From a virus, in UHGV virus genome UHGV-0070165: a stretch of 41,955 nucleotides of DNA; one strand, written 5' to 3'. Below are positions 17,690-31,526 of this stretch, piece after piece. The notes below the pieces were generated by a model, which was given only the letters and a program-made list of their open reading frames with translations, searched no databases and was not told where the DNA came from. Positions within the stretch are counted from its first letter, which is position 1, and each line of letters starts with the position of its first letter. The translations under genes and the position numbers were made by a program.

Positions 17690-17905
17690 ATGAAATCCAT
17701 GGATAAGTTAACAACGGGTGTCGCCTATGGCACCTCAGCAGGTAGTGCCGGGTACTGGTTTTTACAGCTGCTCGATAAAGTCACGCCCTCACAGTGGGCA
17801 GCAATAGGTGTGCTGGGTAGCCTGGTATTTGGCCTGCTGACGTACCTGACAAACCTTTATTTCAAGATTAAAGAAGATAAGCGCAAGGCTGCGAGAGGTG
17901 AATAA
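17690..17905 (+). CDS. essD: Holin (phage-21 S-type, pinholin-like)
   Basis: 71 aa with two hydrophobic segments and a charged C-terminus ([13 protein letters not shown]); immediately precedes the endolysin. Confidence 0.85.
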
Positions 17906-18402
17906 TGCCTCCATCATTACGAAAAGCCGTTGCTGCTGCTATTGGTGGCGGAGCAATTGCTATAGCATCAGTGTTAATCACTGGCCCAAGTGGTAACGAT
18001 GGTCTGGAAGGTGTCAGCTACATACCATACAAAGATATTGTTGGTGTATGGACTGTATGTCACGGGCATACAGGAAAAGACATCATGCTCGGTAAAACGT
18101 ATACCAAAGCAGAATGCAAAGCACTCTTGAATAAAGACCTTGCCACTGTCGCCAGACAAATTAACCCGTACATCGAAGTCGATATACCGGAAACAACGCG
18201 CGGCGCTCTTTACTCATTCGTTTACAACGTGGGTGCTGGCAATTTCAGAACATCGACGCTTCTTCGCAAAATAAACCAGGGCGATATCAAAGGCGCATGT
18301 GATCAGCTACGTCGCTGGACATATGCTGGCGGTAAGCAATGGAAAGGTCTCATGACTCGTCGTGAGATTGAGCGTGAAATCTGTTTGTGGGGGAAACAAT
18401 GA
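17905..18402 (+). CDS. rrrD: Endolysin (lysozyme with N-terminal signal-anchor-release segment)
   Basis: 165 aa; hydrophobic Gly/Ala-rich N-terminus ([18 protein letters not shown]); lysozyme-like core. Confidence 0.9.
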   Translation: MPPSLRKAVAAAIGGGAIAIASVLITGPSGNDGLEGVSYIPYKDIVGVWTVCHGHTGKDIMLGKTYTKAECKALLNKDLATVARQINPYIEVDIPETTRGALYSFVYNVGAGNFRTSTLLRKINQGDIKGACDQLRRWTYAGGKQWKGLMTRREIEREICLWGKQ

Positions 18403-18857
18403 GCAGAGTAACCGCGATTATCTCCGCTCTGGTTATCTGCATCATCGTCTGCCTGTCATGGGCTGTTAATCATTACCGTGATAACGCAATCGCCTACAAA
18501 GAGCAGCGCGATAACAAGGCCAGTGAACTGGAGAAGGCGAACGCCACCATCGCTGACATGCGGAAGCGTCAACGTGATGTAGCAGAACTCGACGCAAGAT
18601 ACACAAAGGAGCTTGCTGATGCTAACGCGACTATCGAAAGTCTCCGTGCTGATGTTTCTGCTGGTCGTAAGCGCCTGCAAGTCGCCGCCACCTGTGCAAA
18701 GTCAACGACCGGAGCCAGCGGCATGGGCGATGGAGAAAGCCCAGGACTTACAGCAGATGCTGAACTCAATTATTACCGTCTCCGAAGTGGAATCGACAAG
18801 ATAACCGCGCAGGTTAACTACCTGCAGGAATACATCAGGACGCAATGCCTGAAATAA
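18399..18857 (+). CDS. rzpD: Rz-like inner-membrane spanin
   Basis: N-terminal transmembrane segment, coiled-coil body; start set at MSRV after GGGGGAAAC. Confidence 0.8.
   Translation: MSRVTAIISALVICIIVCLSWAVNHYRDNAIAYKEQRDNKASELEKANATIADMRKRQRDVAELDARYTKELADANATIESLRADVSAGRKRLQVAATCAKSTTGASGMGDGESPGLTADAELNYYRLRSGIDKITAQVNYLQEYIRTQCLK
18613..18804 (+). CDS. rzoD: Rz1-like outer-membrane lipoprotein spanin, embedded in the +1 frame of Rz
   Basis: Lipobox LVVSAC, proline-rich ([13 protein letters not shown]); wholly nested within the Rz gene. Confidence 0.7.
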   Translation: MLMLTRLSKVSVLMFLLVVSACKSPPPVQSQRPEPAAWAMEKAQDLQQMLNSIITVSEVESTR

Positions 18858-18888
18858 TTTTTTTGCAAATCACAAAGTCCATTTAATG

Positions 18889-18914
18889 AGCCTCGCGATG
18901 CGGGGCTTTTTTTA
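18889..18914 (+). terminator. Rho-independent terminator after the lysis cassette
   Basis: Imperfect hairpin AGCCTCGC-GAT-GCGGGGCT followed by TTTTTTT. Confidence 0.55.
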
Positions 18915-19062
18915 CATCTGAATTTCACAGCGCATCTCACGCGCATATTACATCACCCGAGCCTTTCAGAAAGTTGAGCCTGAGAACTGCCGTATATGGT
19001 GGCGACCATCTCGGGGCGGCTTTTCTGTGAGACAGGCTCACTTTCTAAAAGGTAAAGACGCT

Positions 19063-19551
19063 ATGAACCAATTAGAAGAAAAGCTTCAAAGAATGATTTC
19101 CTTATACAAGGAAGATAACTGCCAAAAAGTTCCTGAAAACATCGCAGAGTTAATGGAATTGGCAAGTGAATTTTCTGGCATGCTTAAGTCGTCAGGTGTT
19201 CGGTCAGCGTTCTTTGTTGAAATGCTGATGCACGGCGGACTTATGGCAACAATGAGACGTGTAATGGAAGACCAGAGAAAAGAACCTCCTCAGGTATACG
19301 TTTTGTCATCGAAGAAAACTGGGCTAACCAAAATTGGGTATTCATCCAACATTCCACAACGCATCAAATCGCTTGGCAACTCTGGACCAGACTGCTTGAA
19401 GCTTGAGTGCCTGATCCCTGGTGGAAGAGAAACTGAAAACATGCTTCATCGCAAATTTGCCGCAAAGAGAAAGCACGGTGAATGGTTCGCCCTGTCCAAG
19501 GATGACATTGAGGGATTGAAATCTGTAGCGATTACTTCTGATGGCTATTAA
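19063..19551 (+). CDS. T5orf172 (GIY-YIG-like) domain protein; start set at MNQLEEK
   Basis: C-terminal segment VYVLSSKKTGLTKIGYSSNIPQRIKSL...HRKFAAKRKHGEWFALSKDD fits the recalled T5orf172 pattern. Confidence 0.55.
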   Translation: MNQLEEKLQRMISLYKEDNCQKVPENIAELMELASEFSGMLKSSGVRSAFFVEMLMHGGLMATMRRVMEDQRKEPPQVYVLSSKKTGLTKIGYSSNIPQRIKSLGNSGPDCLKLECLIPGGRETENMLHRKFAAKRKHGEWFALSKDDIEGLKSVAITSDGY

Positions 19552-20065
19552 TGCTTGTTTAGAGCAATTTTCATAACAACTCTTCATTACAAAGCCCATT
19601 TACGGGTGGGCTTGATAATGAAACCGGAATTTATTCTGGGCCACCAGTTAACGGCAGTACCACGAAACAACCCAAGCCAGTAAGTGGGGAAATAACACTG
19701 GCAGCCACTGAAAGATGAAGCTCCTGCCTTAAGGCAAAAAAGATTCTTTGTGGTGGCGGACTGATGGAAAGACATCGGTTATTGCAGAGGCCATTCAATG
19801 AGTGGTCTCGACAATGGCTTATACCCTACACGGGATAACTTAACTGATATCCCTTTTAACGGATAAAGGTATTCAAGCCTGACACATCATGCGCTGTATC
19901 GTCGCCGTATTCCCGCATTAACCATGACCGTAGCCCGACGGGGAATTCCTTCTGCGTGAGTGTGCGGGAATAATCAAAAACGATGCACACCGGGGTTACC
20001 GGGTACACATATTTCATCATGCCAGCGAGTCCGGTTCTGGCGCGGAAGAAACCGGACGTTATGAT

Positions 20066-20476
20066 TTAGTGCGGAAATATTTGTGTAGTGTTCTGAATGT
20101 TCTCAGTAAATAGTAATGAATTATCAAAGGTATAGTAATACCTTTTGTTATCGTGGATATTTGTAATCCATCTGAAAACCCCTGCTGTAGCAAGATTTTT
20201 CCTGTATTCGTAAAATGATAACTCTCCTGATTTGAATCCTTTTAAGGTGGCTTCTATAAGGCATTTATTTTTTGAAAATCTTACATTTACAACCTTACCC
20301 TGTCCTTTTATTAAAACCGTATTATCGTTTTCAAGAACAAGATGAATATTCTCTGTGGCTAAATAGTAAATGTAATGTGAGACATTGTGACGTTTTAGTT
20401 CAGAATAAAACCAGTGATAGTTTAAATTATTTCGCACTTTATCGAATATTTGTTTAAAAATGGCAACCTGAGCCAT
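20066..20476 (-). CDS. Hypothetical protein (about 136 aa), AT-rich; start set at MAQVAIFKQ with GAAGGT Shine-Dalgarno
   Basis: ORF immediately downstream of the RHH gene on the same strand; no recognisable motif. Confidence 0.45.
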   Translation of the reverse strand: MAQVAIFKQIFDKVRNNLNYHWFYSELKRHNVSHYIYYLATENIHLVLENDNTVLIKGQGKVVNVRFSKNKCLIEATLKGFKSGELSFYEYRKNLATAGVFRWITNIHDNKRYYYTFDNSLLFTENIQNTTQIFPH

Positions 20477-20533
20477 TGTAGTACCTTCCATGTGATATGA
20501 TGGGGCGTAGTCTGCACGATTATCTAAATTGCT

Positions 20534-20767
20534 TCAATCTGGTCTGACCTGTTTTCTGAGCAATTCAGTAATGTCACTCTTTTCTTTGTTTGCTTCAGGC
20601 GAAACTCTTTTTTCTGAGCACAGTCTCCGGCGGCAGGCTTCAATGACCCAGGCTGAGAAATTCCCAGACCCTTTTTGCTCAAGAGCGATGTTAATTTGTT
20701 CAATCATTTGGTTAGGAAAGCGGATGTTGCGGGTTGTTGTTCTGCGGGTTCTGTTCTTCGTTGACAT
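20534..20767 (-). CDS. ylcI: Ribbon-helix-helix (Arc/MetJ-like) DNA-binding protein, YlcI-like
   Basis: 77 aa; N-terminal basic stretch then RNIRFPNQMIEQINIALEQKGSGNFSAWVIEACRRRL, consistent with a beta-strand plus two helices. Confidence 0.55.
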   Translation of the reverse strand: MSTKNRTRRTTTRNIRFPNQMIEQINIALEQKGSGNFSAWVIEACRRRLCSEKRVSPEANKEKSDITELLRKQVRPD

Positions 20768-20966
20768 GAGGTTGTCCCGTATTCAGTGTCGCTGATTTGT
20801 ATTGTCTGAAGTTGTTTTTACGTTAAGTTGATGCAGATCAATTAATACGATACCTGCGTCATAATTGATTATTTGACGTGGTTTGATGGCGTAGATGCAC
20901 GTTGTGACATGCAGATGATAATTATTATCATTTTGCGGGTCCTTTCCGGTGATCCGACAGGTTACG

Positions 20967-20978
20967 GGGCGGCGACCT
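20967..20978. other. cos: cosN cohesive-end site (GGGCGGCGACCT) within the cos region (about 20940-21155)
   Basis: …GATCCGACAGGTTACG|GGGCGGCGACCTCGCGGGTTTTCGCTATTTATGAAAATTTTCCGG… matches the recalled lambda right-end/left-end junction; nu1 starts about 190 nt downstream. Confidence 0.85.
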
Positions 20979-21155
20979 CGCGGGTTTTCGCTATTTATGA
21001 AAATTTTCCGGTTTAAGGTGTTTCCGTTCTTCTTCGTCGTAACTTAATGTTTTTATTTAAAATACCCCCTGAAAAGAAAGGAAACGACAGGTGCTGAAAA
21101 CGGGCTTTTTGGCCTCTGTCGTTTCCTTTCTCTGTTTTTGTCCGTGGAATGAACA

Positions 21156-21675
21156 ATGGAAGTCAACAAAAAGCAGCTGGCTGACATTTTCGGTGCGAGT
21201 ATCCGTACCATTCAGAACTGGCAGGAACAGGGAATGCCCGTTCTGCGAGGCGGTGGCAAGGGTAATGAGGTGCTTTATGACTCTGCCGCCGTCATAAAAT
21301 GGTATGCCGAAAGGGATGCTGAAATTGAGAACGAAAAGCTGCGCCGGGAGGTTGAAGAACTGCGGCAGGCCAGCGAGGCAGATCTCCAGCCAGGAACTAT
21401 TGAGTACGAACGCCATCGACTTACGCGTGCGCAGGCCGACGCACAGGAACTGAAGAATGCCAGAGACTCCGCTGAAGTGGTGGAAACCGCATTCTGTACT
21501 TTCGTGTTGTCGCGGATCGCAGGTGAAATTGCCAGTATTCTCGACGGGCTCCCCCTGTCGGTGCAGCGGCGTTTTCCGGAACTGGAAAACCGACATGTTG
21601 ATTTCCTGAAACGGGATATCATCAAAGCCATGAACAAAGCAGCCGCGCTGGATGAACTGATACCGGGGTTGCTGA

Positions 21676-21701
<26 letters not shown>
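21156..21701 (+). CDS. nu1: Terminase small subunit Nu1
   Basis: 181 aa; recognised as lambda Nu1 (MEVNKKQLADIFGASIRTIQNWQEQGMPV...). Confidence 0.95.
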
Positions 21702-25382
<3,681 letters not shown>

Positions 25383-25402
<20 letters not shown>

Positions 25403-26714
25403 TCTCCCGCATATTGCCAGCATGGCTTTTAATGAGCCGCTGATGCTTGAACCCGCCTATGCGCGGGTTTTCTTTTGTGCGCTTGCAGGCCAGCTTGGGA
25501 TCAGTCGCCTGACGGATGCGGTGTCCGGCGACAGCCTGACTGCCGGAGAGGCACCCGCGGCGCTGGCGTTATCCGGTGATGATGACGGACCACGACAGGC
25601 CCGCAGTTATCAGGTCATGAACGGCATCGCCGTGCTGCCGGTGTCCGGTACGCTGGTCAGCCGGACGCGGGCGCTGCAGCCGTATTCGGGAATGACCGGT
25701 TACAACGGCATTATCGCCCGTCTGCAACAGGCTGCCAGCGATCCGATGGTGGACGGCATTCTGCTCGATATGGACACACCGGGCGGGATGGTGGCGGGAG
25801 CATTTGACTGTGCTGACATCATCGCCCGTGTGCGAGACATAAAACCGGTATGGGCGCTGGCCAACGACATGAACTGCAGTGCAGGTCAGCTGCTTGCCAG
25901 CGCCGCCTCCCGGCGTCTGGTCACGCAGACCGCCCGGACAGGCTCCATCGGCGTCATGATGGCTCACAGTAATTACGGTGCTGCGCTGGAGAAACAGGGC
26001 GTGGAAATCACGCTGATTTACAGCGGCAGCCATAAGGTGGATGGCAACCCCTACAGCCATCTTCCGGATGACGTCCGGGAGACACTGCAGTCCCGGATGG
26101 ATGCAACCCGCCGGATGTTTGCGCAGAAGGTGTCGGCATATACCGGCCTGTCCGTGCAGGCTGTGCTGGATACCGAGGCTGCAGTGTACAGCGGTCAGGA
26201 GGCCATTGATGCCGGACTGGCTGATGAACTTGTCAACAGCACCGATGCGATCACCGTTATGCGTGATGCACTGGATGCACGTAAATCCCGTCTCTCAGGA
26301 GGGCGAATGACCAAAGAGACTCAATCAACAACTGTTTCAGCCACTGCTTCGCAGGCTGACGTTACTGACGTGGTGCCAGCGACGGAGGGCGAAAACGCCA
26401 GCGCGGCGCAGCCGGACGTGAACGCGCAGATCACCGCTGCGGTTGCGGCAGAAAACAGCCGCATTATGGGGATCCTCAACTGTGAGGAGGCTCACGGACG
26501 CGAAGAACAGTCGCGCGTTCTGGCAGAAACCCCCGGAATGACCGTGGAAACGGCCCGCCGCATTCTGGCTGCAGCACCACAGAGTGCACAGGCGCGCAGT
26601 GACACTGCGCTGGATCGTCTGATGCAGGGTACACCGGCACCGCTGGCTGCAGGTAACCTGGCATCTGATACCAATAAAGAATTACTTAATACACCTGAAG
26701 CTTTACCGGTATAA
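25383..26714 (+). CDS. C: Head maturation protease C (Nu3 scaffold encoded in-frame within its 3' part); GTG start after GAGGAGAAGA
   Basis: Tracked ORF trimmed to VTAELRNLPHIASMAFNEPLMLEP..., recognised as the lambda gpC N-terminus; overlaps the B 3' end. Confidence 0.8.
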
Positions 26715-26723
26715 GAGGCAGTT

Positions 26724-27056
26724 ATGGCGACAAAAGAAGAGTTTAACCATTACCAGCCGCTGGGTAACAGTGATCCGGCTCATACAGCAATTGCGCCTGG
26801 CGGATTGAGTGCGAAAACGCCTGCAATGACCCCGCTGATGCTGGATGGCACTACCCGTAAGCTGGTTGTGTGGGATGGCACCACCGACGGTGCAGCCGTT
26901 GGCATTCTGGCGGTTGCTGCTGACCAGACCAGCACCACACTGACGTTCTACAAGTCCGGCTCGTTCCGTTATGAGGATGTGCTCTGGCCGGAGGCTGCCA
27001 GCGACGAGACTAAAAAACGGACCGCGTTTGCCGGAACGGCAATCAGCATCGTTTAA
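26724..27056 (+). CDS. D: Head decoration protein D
   Basis: 110 aa; recognised as lambda gpD. Confidence 0.95.
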   Translation: MATKEEFNHYQPLGNSDPAHTAIAPGGLSAKTPAMTPLMLDGTTRKLVVWDGTTDGAAVGILAVAADQTSTTLTFYKSGSFRYEDVLWPEAASDETKKRTAFAGTAISIV

Positions 27057-27111
27057 TCTTCCCCTTCATCAACAAAGGCCGCCTGTGCGGCTTTTTTTAT
27101 GGAAATAATTT

Positions 27112-28137
27112 ATGTCTGTATATACAACTGCAGAATTACTGGCATCGACCCAGCATCACTTTAAGTTCGATCCGCTGTTTCTGCGCCTGTTTTTCCGTGA
27201 AACCTATCCTTTCACCACGGAGAAAGTCTATCTCTCACAAATTCCGGGACTGGTAAACATGGCGCTGTACGTTTCGCCGATTGTTTCCGGTGAGGTTATC
27301 CGTTCCCGTGGCGGCTCCACCTCTGAATTTACGCCGGGATATGTCAAACCCAAGCATGAGGTGAATCCGCAGATGACCCTGCGTCGCCTGCCGGATGAAG
27401 ATCCGCAGAATCTGGCGGACCCGGCTTACCGTCGTCGCCGTATTATTCGGCAGAATATGCTGGATGAAAATCTGGCGATTGCCCAGGTCGAAGAGATGCA
27501 GGCAGTTTCTGCCGTGCTTAAGGGCAAATACACCATGACCGGTGAAGCCTTCGATCCGGTTGAGGTGGATATGGGCCGCAGTGCGGCGAATAACATCACG
27601 CAGTCCGGCGGCACGGAGTGGAGCAAGCGTGACAAGTCCACGTATGACCCGACCGACGATATCGAAGCCTACGCGCTGAACGCCAGCGGTGTGGTGAATA
27701 TCATCGTGTTTGACCCGAAAGGCTGGGCGCTGTTCCGTTCCTTCAAAGCCGTCAAGGAGAAGCTGGATACCCGTCGCGGCTCTCATTCCGAGCTGGAGAC
27801 AGCGGTAAAAGACCTGGGCAAAGCGGTGTCCTATAAGGGAATGTATGGCGATGTGGCCATCGTCGTGTATTCCGGACAGTACGTGGAAAACGGCGTCAAA
27901 AAGAACTTCCTGCCGGACAACACGATGGTGCTGGGGAACACTCAGGCTCGCGGTCTGCGCACCTATGGCTGCATTCAGGATGCGGACGCACAGCGCGAAG
28001 GCATTAACGCCTCTGCCCGTTACCCGAAAAACTGGGTGACCACCGGCGATCCGGCGCGTGAGTTCACCATGATTCAGTCAGCACCGCTGATGCTGCTGGC
28101 TGATCCTGATGAGTTCGTGTCCGTTCAACTGGCGTAA
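27112..28137 (+). CDS. E: Major capsid protein E
   Basis: 341 aa; recognised as lambda gpE. Confidence 0.95.
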   Translation: MSVYTTAELLASTQHHFKFDPLFLRLFFRETYPFTTEKVYLSQIPGLVNMALYVSPIVSGEVIRSRGGSTSEFTPGYVKPKHEVNPQMTLRRLPDEDPQNLADPAYRRRRIIRQNMLDENLAIAQVEEMQAVSAVLKGKYTMTGEAFDPVEVDMGRSAANNITQSGGTEWSKRDKSTYDPTDDIEAYALNASGVVNIIVFDPKGWALFRSFKAVKEKLDTRRGSHSELETAVKDLGKAVSYKGMYGDVAIVVYSGQYVENGVKKNFLPDNTMVLGNTQARGLRTYGCIQDADAQREGINASARYPKNWVTTGDPAREFTMIQSAPLMLLADPDEFVSVQLA

Positions 28138-28178
28138 TCATGGCCCTTCGGGGCCATTTTCTCTCTGTGGAGGAGTTC

Positions 28179-28577
28179 ATGACGAAAGATGAACTGATTG
28201 CCCGTCTTCAGGAGCTGGGTGAGCAACTGAACCGCGATATCAGTTTGACGGGAACGAAAGAAGAACTGGCGCTTCGTGTGGCAGAGCTGGAAGAAGAGCT
28301 TGATGACACGGATGAAACTGCCGGTCAGGACACCCCTCTCAGCCGGGAAAATGTGCTGACCGGGCATGAAAATGAGGTGATATCAGCGCAGCCGGATACC
28401 GTGATTCAGGATACGGCTGAACTGGTCACGGTCGTGGCACTGGTGACGCTGCATACTGATGCACTTCACGCCACGCGGGATAAACCTGTGGCATTTGTGC
28501 TGCCGGGAACGGCGTTTCGTGTCTCTGCCGGTGTGGCAGCCGAAATGACAGAACGTGGCCTGGCCAGAATGCAATAA
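28179..28577 (+). CDS. FI: Head assembly protein FI; start set at MTKDEL after GGAGGAG
   Basis: Recognised as lambda gpFI; tracked ORF trimmed. Confidence 0.85.
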   Translation: MTKDELIARLQELGEQLNRDISLTGTKEELALRVAELEEELDDTDETAGQDTPLSRENVLTGHENEVISAQPDTVIQDTAELVTVVALVTLHTDALHATRDKPVAFVLPGTAFRVSAGVAAEMTERGLARMQ

Positions 28578-28588
28578 CGGGAGGCGCT

Positions 28589-28942
28589 GTGGCTGATTTC
28601 GATAACCTGTTCGATGCTGCCATTGCCCGCGCTGATGAAACGATACGCGGGTACATGGGAACGTCAGCCACCATGACATCCGGTGAGCAGTCCGGTGCTG
28701 TGATACGTGGTGTTTTTGATGACCCTGAAAATATCAGCTATGCCGGACAGGGCGTGCGCGTTGAAGGCTCCAGCCCGTCCCTGTTTGTCCGGACTGATGA
28801 GGTGCGGCAGCTGCGGCGTGGAGACACGCTGACCATCGGTGAGGAAAACTTCTGGATAGACCGGGTTTCGCCGGATGATGGCGGAAGCTGTCATCTCTGG
28901 CTTGGGCGTGGCGTGCCGCCTGCCGTTAACCGTCGCCGCTGA
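28589..28942 (+). CDS. FII: Head-tail connector FII
   Basis: 117 aa; recognised as lambda gpFII; GTG start. Confidence 0.9.
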   Translation: MADFDNLFDAAIARADETIRGYMGTSATMTSGEQSGAVIRGVFDDPENISYAGQGVRVEGSSPSLFVRTDEVRQLRRGDTLTIGEENFWIDRVSPDDGGSCHLWLGRGVPPAVNRRR

Positions 28943-28953
28943 AAGGGGGATGT

Positions 28954-29532
28954 ATGGCCATAAAAGGTCCTGAGCAGGCCGTTGAAAACCTCAGCCGTAT
29001 CAGCAAAACGGCGGTGCCTGGTGCCGCCGCAATGGCCATTAACCGCGTTGCGTCATCCGCGATATCGCAGTCTGCGTCACAGGTTGCCCGTGAGACAAAG
29101 GTACGCCGGAAACTGGTAAAGGAAAGGGCCAGGCTGAAAAGGGCCACGGTCAAAAATCCGCAGGCCAGAATCAGGGTTAACCGGGGGGATTTGCCCGTAA
29201 TCAGGCTGGGTAATGCGCGGGTTGTCCTGTCCCGCCGCAGGCGTCGTAAAAAGGGGCAGCGTTCATCCCTGAAAGGTGGCGGCAGCGTGCTTGTGGTGGG
29301 AAACCGTCGTATTCCCGGCGCGTTTATTCAGCAACTGAAAAATGGCCGGTGGCATGTCATGCAGCGTGTGGCCGGGAAAAACCGTTACCCCATTGATGTG
29401 GTGAAAATCCCGATGGCGGTGCCGCTGACCACGGCGTTTAAACAGAATATTGAGCGGATACGGCGTGAGCGTCTTCCGAAAGAGCTGGGCTATGCGCTGC
29501 AGCATCAACTGAGAATGGTAATAAAGCGATGA
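28954..29532 (+). CDS. Z: Tail completion protein Z
   Basis: 192 aa; recognised as lambda gpZ. Confidence 0.9.
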   Translation: MAIKGPEQAVENLSRISKTAVPGAAAMAINRVASSAISQSASQVARETKVRRKLVKERARLKRATVKNPQARIRVNRGDLPVIRLGNARVVLSRRRRRKKGQRSSLKGGGSVLVVGNRRIPGAFIQQLKNGRWHVMQRVAGKNRYPIDVVKIPMAVPLTTAFKQNIERIRRERLPKELGYALQHQLRMVIKR

Positions 29533-29924
29533 AACATACTGAACTCCGTGCAGCCGTACTGGATGCACTGGAGAAGCATGACACCGGGGCGACGCTTTTT
29601 GATGGTCGCCCCGCTGTTTTTGATGAGGAAGATTTTCCGGCAATTGCCGTTTATCTCACCGGCGCTGAATACACGGGCGAAGAGCTGGACAGCGATACCT
29701 GGCAGGCGGAGCTGCATATTGAAGTTTTCCTGCCTGCTCAGGTGCCGGATTCAGAGCTGGATTCGTGGATGGAGTCCCGGATTTATCCGGTGATGAGCGA
29801 TATCCCGGCACTGTCAGATTTGATCACCAGTATGGTGGCCAGTGGCTATGACTACCGGCGCGACGATGATGCGGGCCTGTGGAGTTCAGCCGATCTGACT
29901 TATGTCATTACCTATGAAATGTGA
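29529..29924 (+). CDS. U: Tail terminator protein U
   Basis: 131 aa; recognised as lambda gpU. Confidence 0.9.
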   Translation: MKHTELRAAVLDALEKHDTGATLFDGRPAVFDEEDFPAIAVYLTGAEYTGEELDSDTWQAELHIEVFLPAQVPDSELDSWMESRIYPVMSDIPALSDLITSMVASGYDYRRDDDAGLWSSADLTYVITYEM

Positions 29925-29931
29925 GGACGAT

Positions 29932-30672
29932 ATGCCAACACCAAATCCTCTGGCACCGGTGAAAGGGGCCGGGACCACACTGTGGGTTTATAACGGGAGC
30001 GGCGACCCTTATGCAAACCCGCTTTCAGACAATGACTGGTCGCGTCTGGCAAAGGTTAAAGACCTGACGCCCGGCGAACTGACCGCTGAGTCCTATGACG
30101 ACAGTTATCTCGATGATGAAGATGCGGACTGGACCGCGACCGGACAGGGGCAGAAATCTGCCGGAGATACCAGCTTCACGCTGGCGTGGATGCCCGGAGA
30201 GCAGGGGCAGCAGGCGCTGCTGGCGTGGTTTAATGAAGGTGATACCCGTGCCTATAAAATCCGCTTCCCGAACGGCACGGTCGATGTGTTCCGCGGCTGG
30301 GTCAGCAGTATCGGTAAGGCGGTGACGGCGAAGGAAGTGATCACCCGCACGGTGAAAGTCACCAATGTGGGACGTCCGTCGATGGCAGAAGATCGCAGCA
30401 CGGTAACAGCGGCAACCGGTATGACCGTGACGCCAGCCAGCGCTTCCGTAGTGAAAGGGAAGAGCACCACGCTGACCGTGGCATTCCAGCCGGAAGGCGC
30501 AACCGACAAGAGCTTCCGTGCGGTGTCAGCGGATAAAACAAAAGCCACCGTGTCGGTCAGTGGTATGACCATCACCGTGAAAGGTGTTGCTGCAGGCAAG
30601 GTCAACATTCCGGTCGTATCCGGTAATGGTGAACTTGCTGCGGTTGCAGAAATCAACGTCACCGCCAGTTAA
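29932..30672 (+). CDS. V: Major tail tube protein V; start set at MPTPNP
   Basis: Recognised as lambda gpV, including the C-terminal Ig-like domain; Shine-Dalgarno GAGGA. Confidence 0.9.
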   Translation: MPTPNPLAPVKGAGTTLWVYNGSGDPYANPLSDNDWSRLAKVKDLTPGELTAESYDDSYLDDEDADWTATGQGQKSAGDTSFTLAWMPGEQGQQALLAWFNEGDTRAYKIRFPNGTVDVFRGWVSSIGKAVTAKEVITRTVKVTNVGRPSMAEDRSTVTAATGMTVTPASASVVKGKSTTLTVAFQPEGATDKSFRAVSADKTKATVSVSGMTITVKGVAAGKVNIPVVSGNGELAAVAEINVTAS

Positions 30673-30687
30673 TCCGGAGAGTCAGCG

Positions 30688-31110
30688 ATGTTCCTGAAAA
30701 CCGAATCATTTGAACATAACGGTGTGACCGTCACGCTTTCTGAACTGTCAGCCCTGCAGCGTATTGAGCATCTCGCCCTGATGAAACGGCAGGCAGAACA
30801 GGCGGAGTCAGACAGCAACCGGAAGTTTACTGTGGAAGACGCCATCAGAACCGGCGCGTTTCTGGTGGCGATGTCCCTGTGGCATAACCATCCGCAGAAG
30901 ACGCAGATGCCGTCTATGAATGAAGCCGTTAAACAGATTGAGCAGGAAGTGCTTACCACCTGGCCCACGGAGGCAATTTCTCATGCTGAAAACGTGGTGT
31001 ACCGGCTGTCTGGTATGTATGAGTTTGTTGTGAATAATGCCCCTGAACAGACAGAGGACGCCGGGCCTGCAGAGCCTGTTTCTGCGGGAAAGTGTTCGAC
31101 GGTGAGCTGA
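30688..31110 (+). CDS. G: Tail assembly chaperone G
   Basis: 140 aa; recognised as lambda gpG. Confidence 0.9.
   Translation: MFLKTESFEHNGVTVTLSELSALQRIEHLALMKRQAEQAESDSNRKFTVEDAIRTGAFLVAMSLWHNHPQKTQMPSMNEAVKQIEQEVLTTWPTEAISHAENVVYRLSGMYEFVVNNAPEQTEDAGPAEPVSAGKCSTVS
31086..31092 (+). other. Programmed -1 ribosomal frameshift site (slippery G GGA AAG) producing the G-T fusion
   Basis: Heptamer GGGAAAG near the end of G in the G frame; the T frame (-1) is open from here to 31526. Confidence 0.8.
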
Positions 31111-31526
31111 GTTTTGCCCTGAAACTGGCGCGTGAGATGGGGCGACCCGACTGGCGTGCCATGCTTGCCGGGATGTCATCCACGGAGTATGCCGACTGGC
31201 ACCGCTTTTACAGTACCCATTATTTTCATGATGTTCTGCTGGATATGCACTTTTCCGGGCTGACGTACACCGTGCTCAGCCTGTTTTTCAGCGATCCGGA
31301 TATGCATCCGCTGGATTTCAGTCTGCTGAACCGGCGCGAGGCTGACGAAGAGCCTGAAGATGATGTGCTGATGCAGAAAGCGGCAGGGCTTGCCGGAGGT
31401 GTCCGCTTTGGCCCGGACGGGAATGAAGTTATCCCCGCTTCCCCGGATGTGGCGGACATGACGGAGGATGACGTAATGCTGATGACAGTATCAGAAGGGA
31501 TCGCAGGAGGAGTCCGGTATGGCTGA
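31092..31526 (+). CDS. T: T portion of the tail assembly chaperone G-T (expressed by -1 frameshift from G)
   Basis: -1 frame ORF overlapping the G 3' end; recognised as lambda gpT. Confidence 0.8.
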   Translation: MFDGELSFALKLAREMGRPDWRAMLAGMSSTEYADWHRFYSTHYFHDVLLDMHFSGLTYTVLSLFFSDPDMHPLDFSLLNRREADEEPEDDVLMQKAAGLAGGVRFGPDGNEVIPASPDVADMTEDDVMLMTVSEGIAGGVRYG

